Part shown: positions 44,162 through 56,223 of the stretch, piece by piece
Numbering within the stretch: the stretch's first letter is position 1
How the letters are laid out: every line of letters begins with the position of its first letter
NCBI GenBank assembly: GCA_031431215.1
Contig: JANPCZ010000020.1
Location: 13,852-77,851 of the forward strand
Length of the DNA stretch: 64,000 bases
DNA from: Myxococcales bacterium
GTDB lineage: Bacteria > Myxococcota_A > Polyangia > Fen-1088
Direction of reading: 5' to 3'
The notes under the pieces: model-generated
Told to the model about the DNA's origin: nothing
Databases searched by the model: none
What the model saw: the letters and a program-made list of their open reading frames with translations, nothing else
Position numbers and translations under genes: made by a program

Positions 44162-44170
44162 CGGACTCTC

Positions 44171-44210
44171 GCCTGTCCGACTCTCCCCCGGCTGGGGGAG
44201 AGTCTCAGGC
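44171..44210. other. Strong intergenic hairpin
   Basis: GACTCTCCCCC-GGCT-GGGGGAGAGTC, extended by GCCTG/CAGGC. Confidence 0.6.
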
Positions 44211-44232
44211 GAAAACGATCGTCGTCCCGTCG

Positions 44233-45756
44233 TTACATGCAGCGCGGGTTCTGTAGACCTTGGCAGGTGCCCGCGGTGCACATGCGCATGAGCCCGCTGC
44301 CGCAGCAGGCCTGTCCGATGGCACCGCAGGTCTGGCAAGTTCCGGCAATCAAGCCGCTGCAGCCAGATCCCGCATTGCAAGCTGCGCCCGCGCAGCAGGC
44401 CTGGCCCACAGCACCGCAAGGTCCGCAGGTGCCACCGCCCCCCGAGCAGGCGAGCCCTGCCGTACAAGGGGTGGCGGTCAGGCAGCAGGGCTGGCCTGCG
44501 GCTCCGCACACCTGGCAGGTGCCCGGCGTGCCCTGGCCGGCGCCCGCGCAGCGCAGCCCAGTCGTGCAGGCGTCGGTGCCACCAGCGCAGCAGGGTTGGC
44601 CGGCGGCGCCGCAGGTCTGGCAGGTTCCCCCGATACCCTGCACCGCCCCGACGCAACTGGAGCCAGGCTGGCAATTCGAGCCTGGGCAGCACGCAGCGCC
44701 TGACGCTCCGCAGGTGTTGACACAGGTGCCGGGACCGGCGCCGGGATCGCTGCAGGCGAGGCCCGCCGAGCACGTGCTGCCGCCGCAGCAGGCTTGCGCC
44801 ATGCCTCCGCAGACCTGGCACACGCCCGGAATGCCCTGTCCGGGTGAGACACAGGCGAAGCCCGTACCACAGCCGCCGCCGCCGAAGAAGCCACCACCGC
44901 AGCAGGCCTGACCCGCACCGCCGCAAGGCTGGCACAAGCCCAGGTTGCCCTGGCCGCCGCCGACGCAACCGAGGCCCATGGCGCAAGCGTTCTGCCCACC
45001 GCCGCCCGCGCAGCAAACCTGTCCCATGGCTCCACAGGGCTGGCACATGGTTATCACGCAGCGAGCGCCCGAGGCCGTGCAGGTGGCACCGCCGCCGTTA
45101 CCGCAGCAAATCTGATTGAGGGCACCGCACGCCATCGCTCCGGCGTTCTGACAAGAGCCATTGGTGCACGTCCCGGTGACCTGACCGCCACCACCCATAC
45201 AGGCCGTGCCGTTGGCGTGGCACGTCCCGTTGACGCAGCAGCCGCCGCCGTTGCAGGCGTTGGCTGCGCAGCAGTTCTGGCCCGCGCCTCCGCACGCGGG
45301 AGCCATCATGCCGCCCGCGCCGCCCGCAGGAGAGCCGCCCGAGCCACCCGTGACAGTGCCGCCCGCGCCCGCTGCACCTGGTCTACCCGCGGTGCCCCCC
45401 GCTCCCGCAGTTCCGGCGCCACCCGCGCCCCCGCGAGCTCCCGCCGCACCGCTGCCGGCACCACCGCCCGCGATCCCGCCAGCCGCGCTGCCTCCCGAAC
45501 CGCCACCTGCTCGGCTACCGCCGCTGCCGCTGGTCCCCGCGTTGCCGGTGCTGCCGCCCGACGCGGCCGGCGCGTCGCCCTCCAGGCCGCCACCATCGGG
45601 CTGCTCTGTCCCCAGACCGTCACCACCTCCCCCGCAACCGACAGGGGCCAGGGCAAACGCCAGGGCAGCTATTGCTGCAAATCCCGCGGGCAACAGGGCT
45701 CGGGGGTTCCGCTGGCGGACAGGAGAGTTCGCGTTCTTCATGTTAGTGGGCCTCAT
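44233..45756 (-). CDS. Cys/Gly-rich repeat lipoprotein
   Basis: Lipobox PVGC; Gly-rich linker; about 10 repeats of CGxxGQxCC..C..G..C. Confidence 0.8.
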   Translation of the reverse strand: MRPTNMKNANSPVRQRNPRALLPAGFAAIAALAFALAPVGCGGGGDGLGTEQPDGGGLEGDAPAASGGSTGNAGTSGSGGSRAGGGSGGSAAGGIAGGGAGSGAAGARGGAGGAGTAGAGGTAGRPGAAGAGGTVTGGSGGSPAGGAGGMMAPACGGAGQNCCAANACNGGGCCVNGTCHANGTACMGGGGQVTGTCTNGSCQNAGAMACGALNQICCGNGGGATCTASGARCVITMCQPCGAMGQVCCAGGGGQNACAMGLGCVGGGQGNLGLCQPCGGAGQACCGGGFFGGGGCGTGFACVSPGQGIPGVCQVCGGMAQACCGGSTCSAGLACSDPGAGPGTCVNTCGASGAACCPGSNCQPGSSCVGAVQGIGGTCQTCGAAGQPCCAGGTDACTTGLRCAGAGQGTPGTCQVCGAAGQPCCLTATPCTAGLACSGGGGTCGPCGAVGQACCAGAACNAGSGCSGLIAGTCQTCGAIGQACCGSGLMRMCTAGTCQGLQNPRCM

Positions 45757-45854
45757 GGTTGTTATGGCTCTGAGCCGTTGCCCCTGTAAGTGACACCGTC
45801 CCACGATCGTCGTCAATGATTCGTTCGGCGCAGTCTCGCCGCGACGCTGTGCGC

Positions 45855-46847
45855 TTACGCGGCGGCGCTACGAACGTGGACCCAGGCATGGACGTGGGGC
45901 GAGCCGCGGAAGTACCACAGCATCGCGGGTCCTTCGATCTGCCAGCGGTCCCAGACGCGGTCCTTGCCCAGATCGTGACCCTCGAAGAACGCCATGTGGA
46001 GGCTATCGAAGCCGTTGGCCTCGACCAGCTTGAGCGCTTCCTGCGCGTCGGTCTTGCGGAACGGGGCTAGCACGTCGGCCATGACCTGCCGAACCAGCTT
46101 CTTCTGGTCGGCGGCCAACTCGGTCATTGGAATGCCGGGCAGGCCCTTCTTTTGACCGGTGAGCTTCACGGTGTCGTCGCCGCGCTCGGGGCGGGGCTCG
46201 GGCAGCAGGGCCAGCTTGCGCTGCTTGCCGTCGAGCATCTTGAACACCTCGTTGGCGCGCCGTGCCTGGTACCAGTAGGCGTTGCCAGGGTGATCGGCAG
46301 CCTCGACATCATCGTCGCCGGCCTGGTGGCCGTAGAAGATGGGGCCACCGAAAGCCGCGCCCTCGACCGAGTCGCCGTCACAGCGGCGGGTGACGTGGCG
46401 GCCCGCCACCACGAACTCGAACTTGCCTGCGCCAGGTGTGCCGAACAACGCGACCGAGCAGGCGGCCTCGAAGCCCTTACCCAAGGTATCGTGCACGGTG
46501 GCGTCCCACACCTGCTCGGCGTACTCGGGGCTGTGCATGCCATTGAAGATGTCGCGGATCATCGCCTGCTGATCCTTTGTGAACACATCGGCGATGGCCT
46601 TCGCGATCATCCAGTTGTTGTCCACCTTCGAGCGCAGCGGGTGATCGAAGGCGAAGGCAACGACCTTCTTCTGCTCGGCGGTCAGCGACTTGAACAGGGT
46701 CGCCACCAGCGTCTCCGAGGTGGCCTTGGCTTTCGCGGGCTCGGCCGCGAAGGCGGGCAGCGCCGAGGAGGCGGCGACCGCGGCGCCTCCGGTGGCTGCG
46801 ATCTTGAGGAACTCGCGGCGGCTTCCATCACGGTTCGCTTTCGGCAT
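45855..46847 (-). CDS. Tat-exported DUF3500 domain protein
   Basis: SRREFLK twin-arginine signal; GRHVT.R.DG..FGGPIFYGH..IEGP..HVH. Confidence 0.85.
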   Translation of the reverse strand: MPKANRDGSRREFLKIAATGGAAVAASSALPAFAAEPAKAKATSETLVATLFKSLTAEQKKVVAFAFDHPLRSKVDNNWMIAKAIADVFTKDQQAMIRDIFNGMHSPEYAEQVWDATVHDTLGKGFEAACSVALFGTPGAGKFEFVVAGRHVTRRCDGDSVEGAAFGGPIFYGHQAGDDDVEAADHPGNAYWYQARRANEVFKMLDGKQRKLALLPEPRPERGDDTVKLTGQKKGLPGIPMTELAADQKKLVRQVMADVLAPFRKTDAQEALKLVEANGFDSLHMAFFEGHDLGKDRVWDRWQIEGPAMLWYFRGSPHVHAWVHVRSAAA

Positions 46848-46913
46848 GGCGCCGAGGTTACCACCGCCACAGTGCGGGTGGCGCGCGCGCGATGCGTGAC
46901 GAAAAGCTGCGGG

Positions 46914-46987
46914 GGTGGCCGACGGGGATCGAACCCGCGACCTTCGGAATCACAATCCGACGCTCCACCAATTGAGCTACGGCCACC
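46914..46987 (-). tRNA. tRNA-His (anticodon GTG) with G-1, CCA not encoded
   Basis: GGTGGCCGTAGCTCAATTGGTGGAGCGTCGGATTGTGATTCCGAAGGTCGCGGGTTCGATCCCCGTCGGCCACC. Confidence 0.97.
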
Positions 46988-47127
46988 GCGGGAAGTGGCA
47001 GTGGTATGCCGTGCGCCTTGCGGGCCGTCAAGTACCGCCCGGCGCCGCGTGCGCTCTGGCTTGCAGTCGCGGGCCAAAGTGCATAGGTTCCTGGGCCGTG
47101 ACTTACCAGAACACTAGTGGAATCGCG

Positions 47128-47553
47128 ATGCGCGTCCTGGTTACGGGTTCCCTGACCCTCGGGATTGTCTGCGCAAGGGCTTCGGTGGCCACCGCGGGTG
47201 AGGCCGACGATCTGCAGCGCATGATCGACCAAGAGCGCAGCAGCACCAACGATCTGGAGCGACTCGATGAGCGTCGCGCCGCCCAGGAAGAAGTGACGAT
47301 CATGCGCGTGTGGCTCGACGAGGCGTGGCGCCAGCGTTCCGAGCAGAACTACGACGAGGTCCGCGAGGTCTTGCAGCGCTGCGATGCCCAGGCCGAGATG
47401 ATTCGACAGAAGATCCTGGCCGCAAAGGCTTCGGCACAGGCGGCCGAGAAGGAAGCCGGAGTCAAGGTCGCCCGGTCGAAGATCGAGAAGCTCAAGCAGC
47501 AGATCCAGCAGGCGACGATCGAGAAGGCGCGCCTGGAAGCGAGGGGCAAGTGA
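47128..47553 (+). CDS. Small secreted coiled-coil protein (DUF4398-like)
   Basis: Signal-like N-terminus, helical A/E/K/Q-rich body; translationally coupled to the OmpA-family gene. Confidence 0.65.
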   Translation: MRVLVTGSLTLGIVCARASVATAGEADDLQRMIDQERSSTNDLERLDERRAAQEEVTIMRVWLDEAWRQRSEQNYDEVREVLQRCDAQAEMIRQKILAAKASAQAAEKEAGVKVARSKIEKLKQQIQQATIEKARLEARGK

Positions 47554-48743
47554 GCCGGGCCGTGGCTTCGTCGTTGTTGGCGAAGCTGCTGGGGGTGGCG
47601 GCGCTGGTCGGCGCCATCGGCTGCGCGACGCCACCCAAGCCGCCCGAGCTCGACGCGTTCGAGAAGCTGCGCAACGATCCGGGTGTGCCGGCAGCGCAGA
47701 AGAAGGCTCCCGATCTGGTGAAGGGCGCCGACCGCCTGCTCAAGCAATCGCGCGAAGATTGGCAGGGCAATGATTTGAAGGAATCGCGCTCGGCGGCGCT
47801 GCTCGGGCAGATCAAGCTCAAGCACGCGCTCGCTCTGGCCGACCAGGATGAAGCCAAGCGTCGGGTTGCCGAGGCCGACGAGAAGCTGGACGAGGCCGAG
47901 GAAGAGGAGAAGCGGCTACAGAAAGACATGGTGGCGTTGAACGAGCAGGTGGCGTTGCTCAAGCGGCTGACCGCGGCGGACGCCGACAAGCAGCGCCTTG
48001 CCCAGGAGTTGCAAGCGCAGCAGCAGCGCGCCACCGAGCAAGCCGCGGTGGAAAAGGCGAAGGACGCCGCCCAGGAGAAGGTGTCCGAGGCCGAGCGGGC
48101 GATCCAGGCGGCCGACAACGTCAAGGCCTCCGAGTTCGCGAAGGTGCCGTACTCGTCGGCCAAGGACAACCTGACCCGCGCCCAGCAGGAGGTTGCGCAA
48201 GGCAACTTCAAGGCCGCCGAGACCTCGGCCGCCATGGCACGCACCAAGGCCGTGGAAGCCGCCGCCGCCGCCAAGGCGCCGTTCGAGGCCGAGGCGCAGA
48301 GCGCCGAGAGCAAGCAGCGCGCGGAAAGTTTGATGCGAGATGCGGCCGCCATCCCCGGCATCGTCGTCAAGCGCGATCAGCGCGGAACCCTTCAGCGCAT
48401 CGTGCTGCCGGTCGGCGCCGACAGCCTGTTCAACCGCCGTGAGACCATGGTCGCACCGGGCAAGGACGCGATCCTCGACCCGATCGCGGCCCTGATGAAG
48501 AAGTACGCAACCTTCCCGGTGCAGGTGGTCGGCTACACCGACACCCGCGGCCGTGCGGGCGAGCTCTTGGCGCTTTCGCTTGCCCGTGCCCAGGCGGTGT
48601 TCTCGGCCCTGGTCACGCGCGGTGCGGATCCCAAGCGATTGGTGGTCAGTGGACAGGGCGGCGCCGAACCCGTCTCCGACAACCGCACCAGCCCCGGCCG
48701 CACCGCCAACAACCGCGTCGAGATCATCTTCCTTTATCAGTAA
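47550..48743 (+). CDS. OmpA-family lipoprotein with a long coiled-coil / DUF4398-like region
   Basis: Lipobox AIGC; C-terminal VVGYTD..LSLARA..NNRVEII. Confidence 0.85.
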   Translation: MSRAVASSLLAKLLGVAALVGAIGCATPPKPPELDAFEKLRNDPGVPAAQKKAPDLVKGADRLLKQSREDWQGNDLKESRSAALLGQIKLKHALALADQDEAKRRVAEADEKLDEAEEEEKRLQKDMVALNEQVALLKRLTAADADKQRLAQELQAQQQRATEQAAVEKAKDAAQEKVSEAERAIQAADNVKASEFAKVPYSSAKDNLTRAQQEVAQGNFKAAETSAAMARTKAVEAAAAAKAPFEAEAQSAESKQRAESLMRDAAAIPGIVVKRDQRGTLQRIVLPVGADSLFNRRETMVAPGKDAILDPIAALMKKYATFPVQVVGYTDTRGRAGELLALSLARAQAVFSALVTRGADPKRLVVSGQGGAEPVSDNRTSPGRTANNRVEIIFLYQ

Positions 48744-48774
48744 GCGCGCCGCGCGCAGTCAGCGCGCCGCGCGC

Positions 48775-50721
48775 TCAGAATTCGTAGCCGACGTACGCGG
48801 ATAGGCCGAACGTCCACTTCGAGTGGAAGTTCTGGTCCTGCTCGAGCGTCAGTTCCTGTAGGTTCACGTTGTTCAGCCGCTGCAGGAAGAAATAGCGACG
48901 CGCCTGCGCTTCGATGAAGAGGATGGGCAAGAGCTGCATGCGCAAGCCCGAGAACAGGATCTCGTTGTCGCCGTCGAAGCGCAGGACCCCCAGGCTGGGC
49001 TCGGTCGTGGTCGAGAACACCTCATAGGCGACGAAGGCTTGCAGGAACTTCCGGAACGGCAGCTCGGCGTGCACCTTCATCGAGGTGAAGCCGATGTCTT
49101 TATCGAACGCTACGGTAGCGCCGCAGTTCAAGATGCCGTCGTTGTTACCGCAGCCCCGGCCGAAGTCGGGAAATTCGGGCGCGACGAAGCCGGGGTCCTT
49201 GGGCTGGCCGTAGGGTGCCCAGGTCCGCCAGGTCGCGCCCAGGGTCATGACGTCGAGGAACGAATGCTGCAACTCCAGATAGCCGCCGACGCGCCGGCGG
49301 CCTTTCCTGTTGGCGTCGAGGAAACCCAGCTTGGTCGGGTGGTAGGTCAGCCCGTTGCTACCTTGGTAGCCGACTGGCAGGTACTGGTACTGGAAGATGT
49401 CGTGGAAAGTGTCGAAGAAGCTCGGCAAGTAATCGGGGTCGAAGCTGTGCAGCTCGGCGCGGATCCGCAACGCTTGCCACGCCGGCCGGCCGAAAGACAG
49501 CCGCCACAGGCTACCCATGGTGATGCCGCCGCCGAAGCCGACCATCTTCTGATAGTCGAGGTACAGCTTGCCGTCGGCGTTCTGCGTGCGGACGACCTTG
49601 GCTTCCAGATCGACGCCAACGATCTTCAGTTGCTCGTACGCGCCGCCGACCGGGTTCAGCTCGGAGTCCACGCTCGGGATGGGCTCGTCGAACGAGCGCG
49701 TGTAGAGACCCTGCTCGTAGCGCACGGAGCGTGGCACGTTCACGCCGTGCACCCAGCTGACGCCCAGCGAGACGCTGCGCCAGAACGCACTTTCGGAGGT
49801 CGGCCGAAACGGCCGCAGGAACATCATCAGGCCCAGCACGTCGGGTCGCACCAGATCGTTGGCCATGGCCTGGATGCCGATGGCCTGCCGGTTGAAGTCC
49901 ACCGTGACTCCGACCCGCGCGGTGTTGTAGTCGATGTTCGGGTTGTACTGCCGCACCACGGTGCCGTGGCCGAAGGTCTGATCGTAAAGCCGCGACACGT
50001 TCAGGTAGAACGGTTGTTCTTGCCCGCCGATCACCATGTAGCGAATGATCTTCGCGAAGTCGGATGCCTCGTCCCAGTCCTGGTGGCGCAACCGTCCGAA
50101 GCCTTCGGTCACGCGCTCCTTCTGCCGTGCCACGCACACCCCGGTCTGCGCCGCCACCGCACCTTCGCTGCCGCCCATGGTGCGGGCCACGCGTCCCTCG
50201 CCCACGCATATCTCGAAGGCGCCGCGGGTATCGATCAACTGGAACTGCAGCGGTGCGCCCAGACCCAGCTTCCAGTTGTAGGTCGGGTTGGCTATGTCGA
50301 GTTGCGGCTCGACCGTGAAGAAGAACGCGTTGAGCGCGGTATCCACGCCGCCCGGCACAGCGTTGATGCCAGCGCCGACTCCGACGAAATTGCGTCGGGT
50401 CAGCGGACGCACGGTGAACGCGGACAGATCGCCCTTGACGAAGAACGGTCGCGCCCACACATCGTCCACCGGGGCGCCAGGGCCGACCCGGTTCGGTGTC
50501 GCGGTCCGCGGCGCAGGCGCGGCAGCCGCGGGTGCACGCGGCGGCGCCAGCGCCTTGGTGCTGGCGTCAACGGCGGGAATCCGGGTGGCGAGGGCGACCT
50601 TGTCGGGCGCCGCGGGTGCCGGGGCTGCGGGTGGGGGGACTGCGGGTGGGGGGGCCGCGATGGCCGCCCCGCCAGTCAGGCAAGCAACGCACACACTGAG
50701 TTTCCACCGAAGCACGGACAT
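48775..50721 (-). CDS. Large outer-membrane beta-barrel hypothetical protein
   Basis: Signal peptide, Pro-rich linker, amphipathic strands, terminal AYVGYEF (BAM-type C-terminal Phe). Confidence 0.7.
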   Translation of the reverse strand: MSVLRWKLSVCVACLTGGAAIAAPPPAVPPPAAPAPAAPDKVALATRIPAVDASTKALAPPRAPAAAAPAPRTATPNRVGPGAPVDDVWARPFFVKGDLSAFTVRPLTRRNFVGVGAGINAVPGGVDTALNAFFFTVEPQLDIANPTYNWKLGLGAPLQFQLIDTRGAFEICVGEGRVARTMGGSEGAVAAQTGVCVARQKERVTEGFGRLRHQDWDEASDFAKIIRYMVIGGQEQPFYLNVSRLYDQTFGHGTVVRQYNPNIDYNTARVGVTVDFNRQAIGIQAMANDLVRPDVLGLMMFLRPFRPTSESAFWRSVSLGVSWVHGVNVPRSVRYEQGLYTRSFDEPIPSVDSELNPVGGAYEQLKIVGVDLEAKVVRTQNADGKLYLDYQKMVGFGGGITMGSLWRLSFGRPAWQALRIRAELHSFDPDYLPSFFDTFHDIFQYQYLPVGYQGSNGLTYHPTKLGFLDANRKGRRRVGGYLELQHSFLDVMTLGATWRTWAPYGQPKDPGFVAPEFPDFGRGCGNNDGILNCGATVAFDKDIGFTSMKVHAELPFRKFLQAFVAYEVFSTTTEPSLGVLRFDGDNEILFSGLRMQLLPILFIEAQARRYFFLQRLNNVNLQELTLEQDQNFHSKWTFGLSAYVGYEF

Positions 50722-50777
50722 GGGGATGCCCCCATGTATCGGCACGAATCGGTGCCGGCTGAAGACCCGCCTGGGTC

Positions 50778-51722
50778 TTACTTGCCCAGCTCTTCGTTGA
50801 TCCAGTCGCGCAGGCTGTCGATGTCACGCCCGTCGGTGAACTCGCGGCCGTTCAGGTAGATGGTCGGGGTCGCCTGGAGGCCCAGCGCCGCGCCGTCGGA
50901 GCGGTCCTTTTGCACCCGGTTCTTGACCTCGTCCGACGCCAGATCCTTGCGCCATTTTTCGACGTCCATCTTGAGATCCTTGGCGAACTGCTCGAGCAGA
51001 GCGGGCGTCAGGCTGTCGGCGTTGGCCCAGATCTTCTCGTTGTAAGGCCAGAACTGCCCCTGCCTGTTGGCGGCCACAGCGGCCTCCGCGGCCAGGCGGG
51101 CGTTGGTGTGCGAGCCCAGCGGGTAGTGCTTGAAGTACAGTTTCGCCTCGTTCTTGAACTCATCAAGTACCTGCCGCATCACGGCCTGCACCCGCTTGCA
51201 GTGCGGGCACTCGTAGTCGACAAACTCGATGAGCGTGATGCGCGCGCTGGGACTGCCCTTCGACGGCGCTTCGCTGACATCGATGCGCTTGGGTGGGCCG
51301 GAGCGGAAGCGCTTGCCCAGGTGCTCGGCGATCTCCGAATCGGTGAAGCCCTGATCGACCAGCCGGGCGACGTACTTGATGGCGTAGTGCGACTTGCGGC
51401 AGCTACGATCGGTTTTCACCGACTTGATCAGGCTCTCGGCCTTGCCGCATGCGGCGGATTCCTTGTTGACCACGCGGAAGAACACCTTGCGCTCGAAGTC
51501 GTCGAGCGCCGTCAGATCGATCCCGGGCGGGGCTGTGTTGTCCTGGCCGTCGCCGGTAGCGCCGGCCGTGGCGGCTTCGGCTTTGGCCGTGGTCGCCGCC
51601 GCGGCGGGGCTGGCCGCCGACAACTCGGCCGACTTCTTCGCACACGCGCTGGCCACGCCCGCCACCGTGACGGCGGCGCAGGTGGCAAGTGCCCACCGAC
51701 AAGCGGTTCTGCCCGGGGTCAT
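50778..51722 (-). CDS. DsbA/thioredoxin-fold lipoprotein
   Basis: Lipobox ASAC; EFVDYECPHC; KHYPL; ATPTIYLNG. Confidence 0.9.
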   Translation of the reverse strand: MTPGRTACRWALATCAAVTVAGVASACAKKSAELSAASPAAAATTAKAEAATAGATGDGQDNTAPPGIDLTALDDFERKVFFRVVNKESAACGKAESLIKSVKTDRSCRKSHYAIKYVARLVDQGFTDSEIAEHLGKRFRSGPPKRIDVSEAPSKGSPSARITLIEFVDYECPHCKRVQAVMRQVLDEFKNEAKLYFKHYPLGSHTNARLAAEAAVAANRQGQFWPYNEKIWANADSLTPALLEQFAKDLKMDVEKWRKDLASDEVKNRVQKDRSDGAALGLQATPTIYLNGREFTDGRDIDSLRDWINEELGK

Positions 51723-51731
51723 GGGGACGAA

Positions 51732-51760
51732 GATATAGAAACCGCTCGGGAATTAGTCAA
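51732..51760 (-). promoter_or_regulatory. Sigma70-type promoter for the dsbA-like gene
   Basis: Minus strand TTGACT-N17-TATATC. Confidence 0.55.
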
Positions 51761-51791
51761 TCACTGCGGTCACCGTCGGCGGCCATTTCGA

Positions 51792-51820
51792 TTGACGGCA
51801 CAAACCCCAGCCACTATAAA
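51792..51820 (+). promoter_or_regulatory. Sigma70-type promoter for the nuo operon
   Basis: TTGACG-N17-TATAAA. Confidence 0.65.
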
Positions 51821-51853
51821 TCCGTCGCCGGTGCAGGCTCGCCGGCGCACCCC

Positions 51854-52255
51854 ATGACGTCCGACTACATCGCCGCTGCGCTCGCGATTCTTGCCGGGGT
51901 CGGGATGGCGTGCTTGCTGTCGCTGGCGGCGTGGGGGCTGGGCCACAAGCGGCCGTCGCGGGCCAAGTCGGTGCCCTACGAAGCCGGCTCGGACGTGATC
52001 GGCACGCCGCGCGCGCGCTTCTCGGTCAAGTTCTACCAGGTCGCGATCCTGTTCCTGGTGTTCGACATCGAGGCCGCGTTCCTGTACCCGTGGGCGGTCA
52101 ACTACCGGGCTTTGTCGTGCGCCGGGAAATTCGCGAACGGCCTGTGCACCGGGGGCGTGTCGTTCTTCGGCCTGGGTGGTGTGATGGTGTTCATGAGCAT
52201 TCTGGTCGTGGCCCTGGCTTACGTCTGGCGCAAGCGCGCCATAGGCTGGGAGTAG
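51854..52255 (+). CDS. nuoA: NADH-quinone oxidoreductase subunit A
   Basis: PYEAG..RFSVKFYQVAILFLVFDIEAAFLYPWAV. Confidence 0.95.
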   Translation: MTSDYIAAALAILAGVGMACLLSLAAWGLGHKRPSRAKSVPYEAGSDVIGTPRARFSVKFYQVAILFLVFDIEAAFLYPWAVNYRALSCAGKFANGLCTGGVSFFGLGGVMVFMSILVVALAYVWRKRAIGWE

Positions 52256-52263
52256 GAGCACCC

Positions 52264-52797
<534 letters not shown>

Positions 52798-52824
52798 GGC
52801 CCGGCTCGCGAAGGACGCAGACCC

Positions 52825-53319
52825 ATGGCGCAGATCGTCCTCGATCGTCTGAAAGAGCACTTCAAGGCTGGCGAGATCCTGGAGACCGGCTCGCAGCACG
52901 GCAACGAGTGGGTGCGCGTGCAGCGCGATTCATGGCAGGCGGTGGCCCAGTTCCTGCGCGACGACGCGGTCACCGCGATGGACATGTTCACCGATCTGAC
53001 CGCCGTGGATCGCTTCGTGCGCGAGCCGCGCTTCGATGTGGTCTTGCACCTCTATTCGCTGACCAGGAAGCACCGCGTGCGGCTCTACGCCGGCGTGCCC
53101 GAGCACGATTGCATCGTCGACACGCTCTGCGCGGTGTGGCCCGGTGCCAACTGGTTCGAGCGCGAGGCCTACGACCTTTACGGTGTCCGTTTTCGCGGTC
53201 ACCCCGATCTGCGCCGCATCCTGATGTACCCCGAGTTCGTCGGCCATCCGCTGCGCAAGGACTACCCGAAAGAAAAACGGCAGCCGCTGGTGCGCCGCTT
53301 GCCCGGACAGGTCGACTGA
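52825..53319 (+). CDS. nuoC: NADH-quinone oxidoreductase subunit C
   Basis: ANWFEREAYDLYG..GHPDLRRIL..GHPLRKDYP. Confidence 0.96.
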   Translation: MAQIVLDRLKEHFKAGEILETGSQHGNEWVRVQRDSWQAVAQFLRDDAVTAMDMFTDLTAVDRFVREPRFDVVLHLYSLTRKHRVRLYAGVPEHDCIVDTLCAVWPGANWFEREAYDLYGVRFRGHPDLRRILMYPEFVGHPLRKDYPKEKRQPLVRRLPGQVD

Positions 53320-53336
53320 CCGAGGACGCACTTTTC

Positions 53337-54601
53337 ATGGCCAACACGACTGACATTCTCTCTGCCACGGCGCCCCGGCGCGTGGTTCTGGGCGTCCAGG
53401 AAACCTCGGACTTCGACGCGCCCGATCTGCCGTCCGAGCCGATGCCGCTCAACATGGGGCCGTCTCACCCGGCCATGCACGGCACCGTGCGCATGGTGCT
53501 GGAGGTGGAGGGCGAGAAAATCACCTCGGCCGACGTGCAGATCGGCTACTTGCACCGCTGCTTCGAGAAAGAAGCCGAGTGCGCGACGTACACGCAAATC
53601 TTCCCGTACACCGATCGCCTGAACTACGTGTCGCCGATGTTGAACAACGTCGGGTACGCCATCGCGGTCGAGAAGTTGTTGGGCATCGAGAAGCAGGTGC
53701 CCGAGCGGGCGCAGTTTATCCGGGTGATCGTCGGCGAGATCGCGCGCATCAGCGATCACCTGACTTGCCTGGGCGCGGGCGCGATGGAGCTGGGCGCGTT
53801 CACGCCGTTTCTCTACAACGTGAAGTTCCGCGAGTGGCTGTGGGAACTGCTGGAAGAGGTGTCGGGCGCCCGGCTCACGCACAGCTACGTGCGCGTCGGC
53901 GGTGTGTCGGGCGACTTGCCCGACGGCTGGATGGATCGCCTGCGTGACGTGCTCGAACGCGGTCGCGGTGTGCTTTCCGAGGTCGACAAGCTACTCACGC
54001 GCAACCGCATCTTCCGCGACCGCATGGACGGCATCGGCATCATTTCAAAGGAGGATGTGGGCGCCTGGGGCCTGAGCGGGCCCGTCGCGCGCTCGGCGGG
54101 CGTGGCCTACGACGTGCGCAAGGACCACCCGTACCTGGTCTACGATCGCTTTGACTTCGACGTGCCCATCGGATCGGTGGGCGACAACTTCGACAGGTTC
54201 GCCGTCCGGGTCGAGGAGATGCACCAGTCGATGCGCATCATCGAGCAGGCCATGGACATGATCCCGGCAGGTCCCATCATCATCAATGATCCGCGCATCG
54301 CCCTGCCGCCCAAGACCGAGACCTACAACTCGATCGAGGCCATGATCGGGCATTTCAAGTTGATCATGGACGGCATCCACGTGCCGGCTGGTGAGGTCTA
54401 CTCCTTCACCGAAGGCGGCTGCGGCGAGCTGGGTTTCTACATCGTGTCCGACGGCACCGGCCGTCCGTGGAAGTGCCGGGTGCGGCCGCCGTCGTTCGCC
54501 AACACCGCCATCATGACCAAGCTTCTGCCTGGCCTGTTCATCGCCGACGTGGTGCCGACCTTCGGCATGATCAACATGATCGGTGGGGAGTGTGACCGCT
54601 G

Positions 54602-54602
<1 letters not shown>
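53337..54602 (+). CDS. nuoD: NADH-quinone oxidoreductase subunit D
   Basis: NMGPSHPAMHGT..IGYLHR..DRLNYV..GECDR. Confidence 0.96.
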
Positions 54603-56203
<1,601 letters not shown>

Positions 56204-56223
56204 CGAGAGGATAGAGGACAGGC

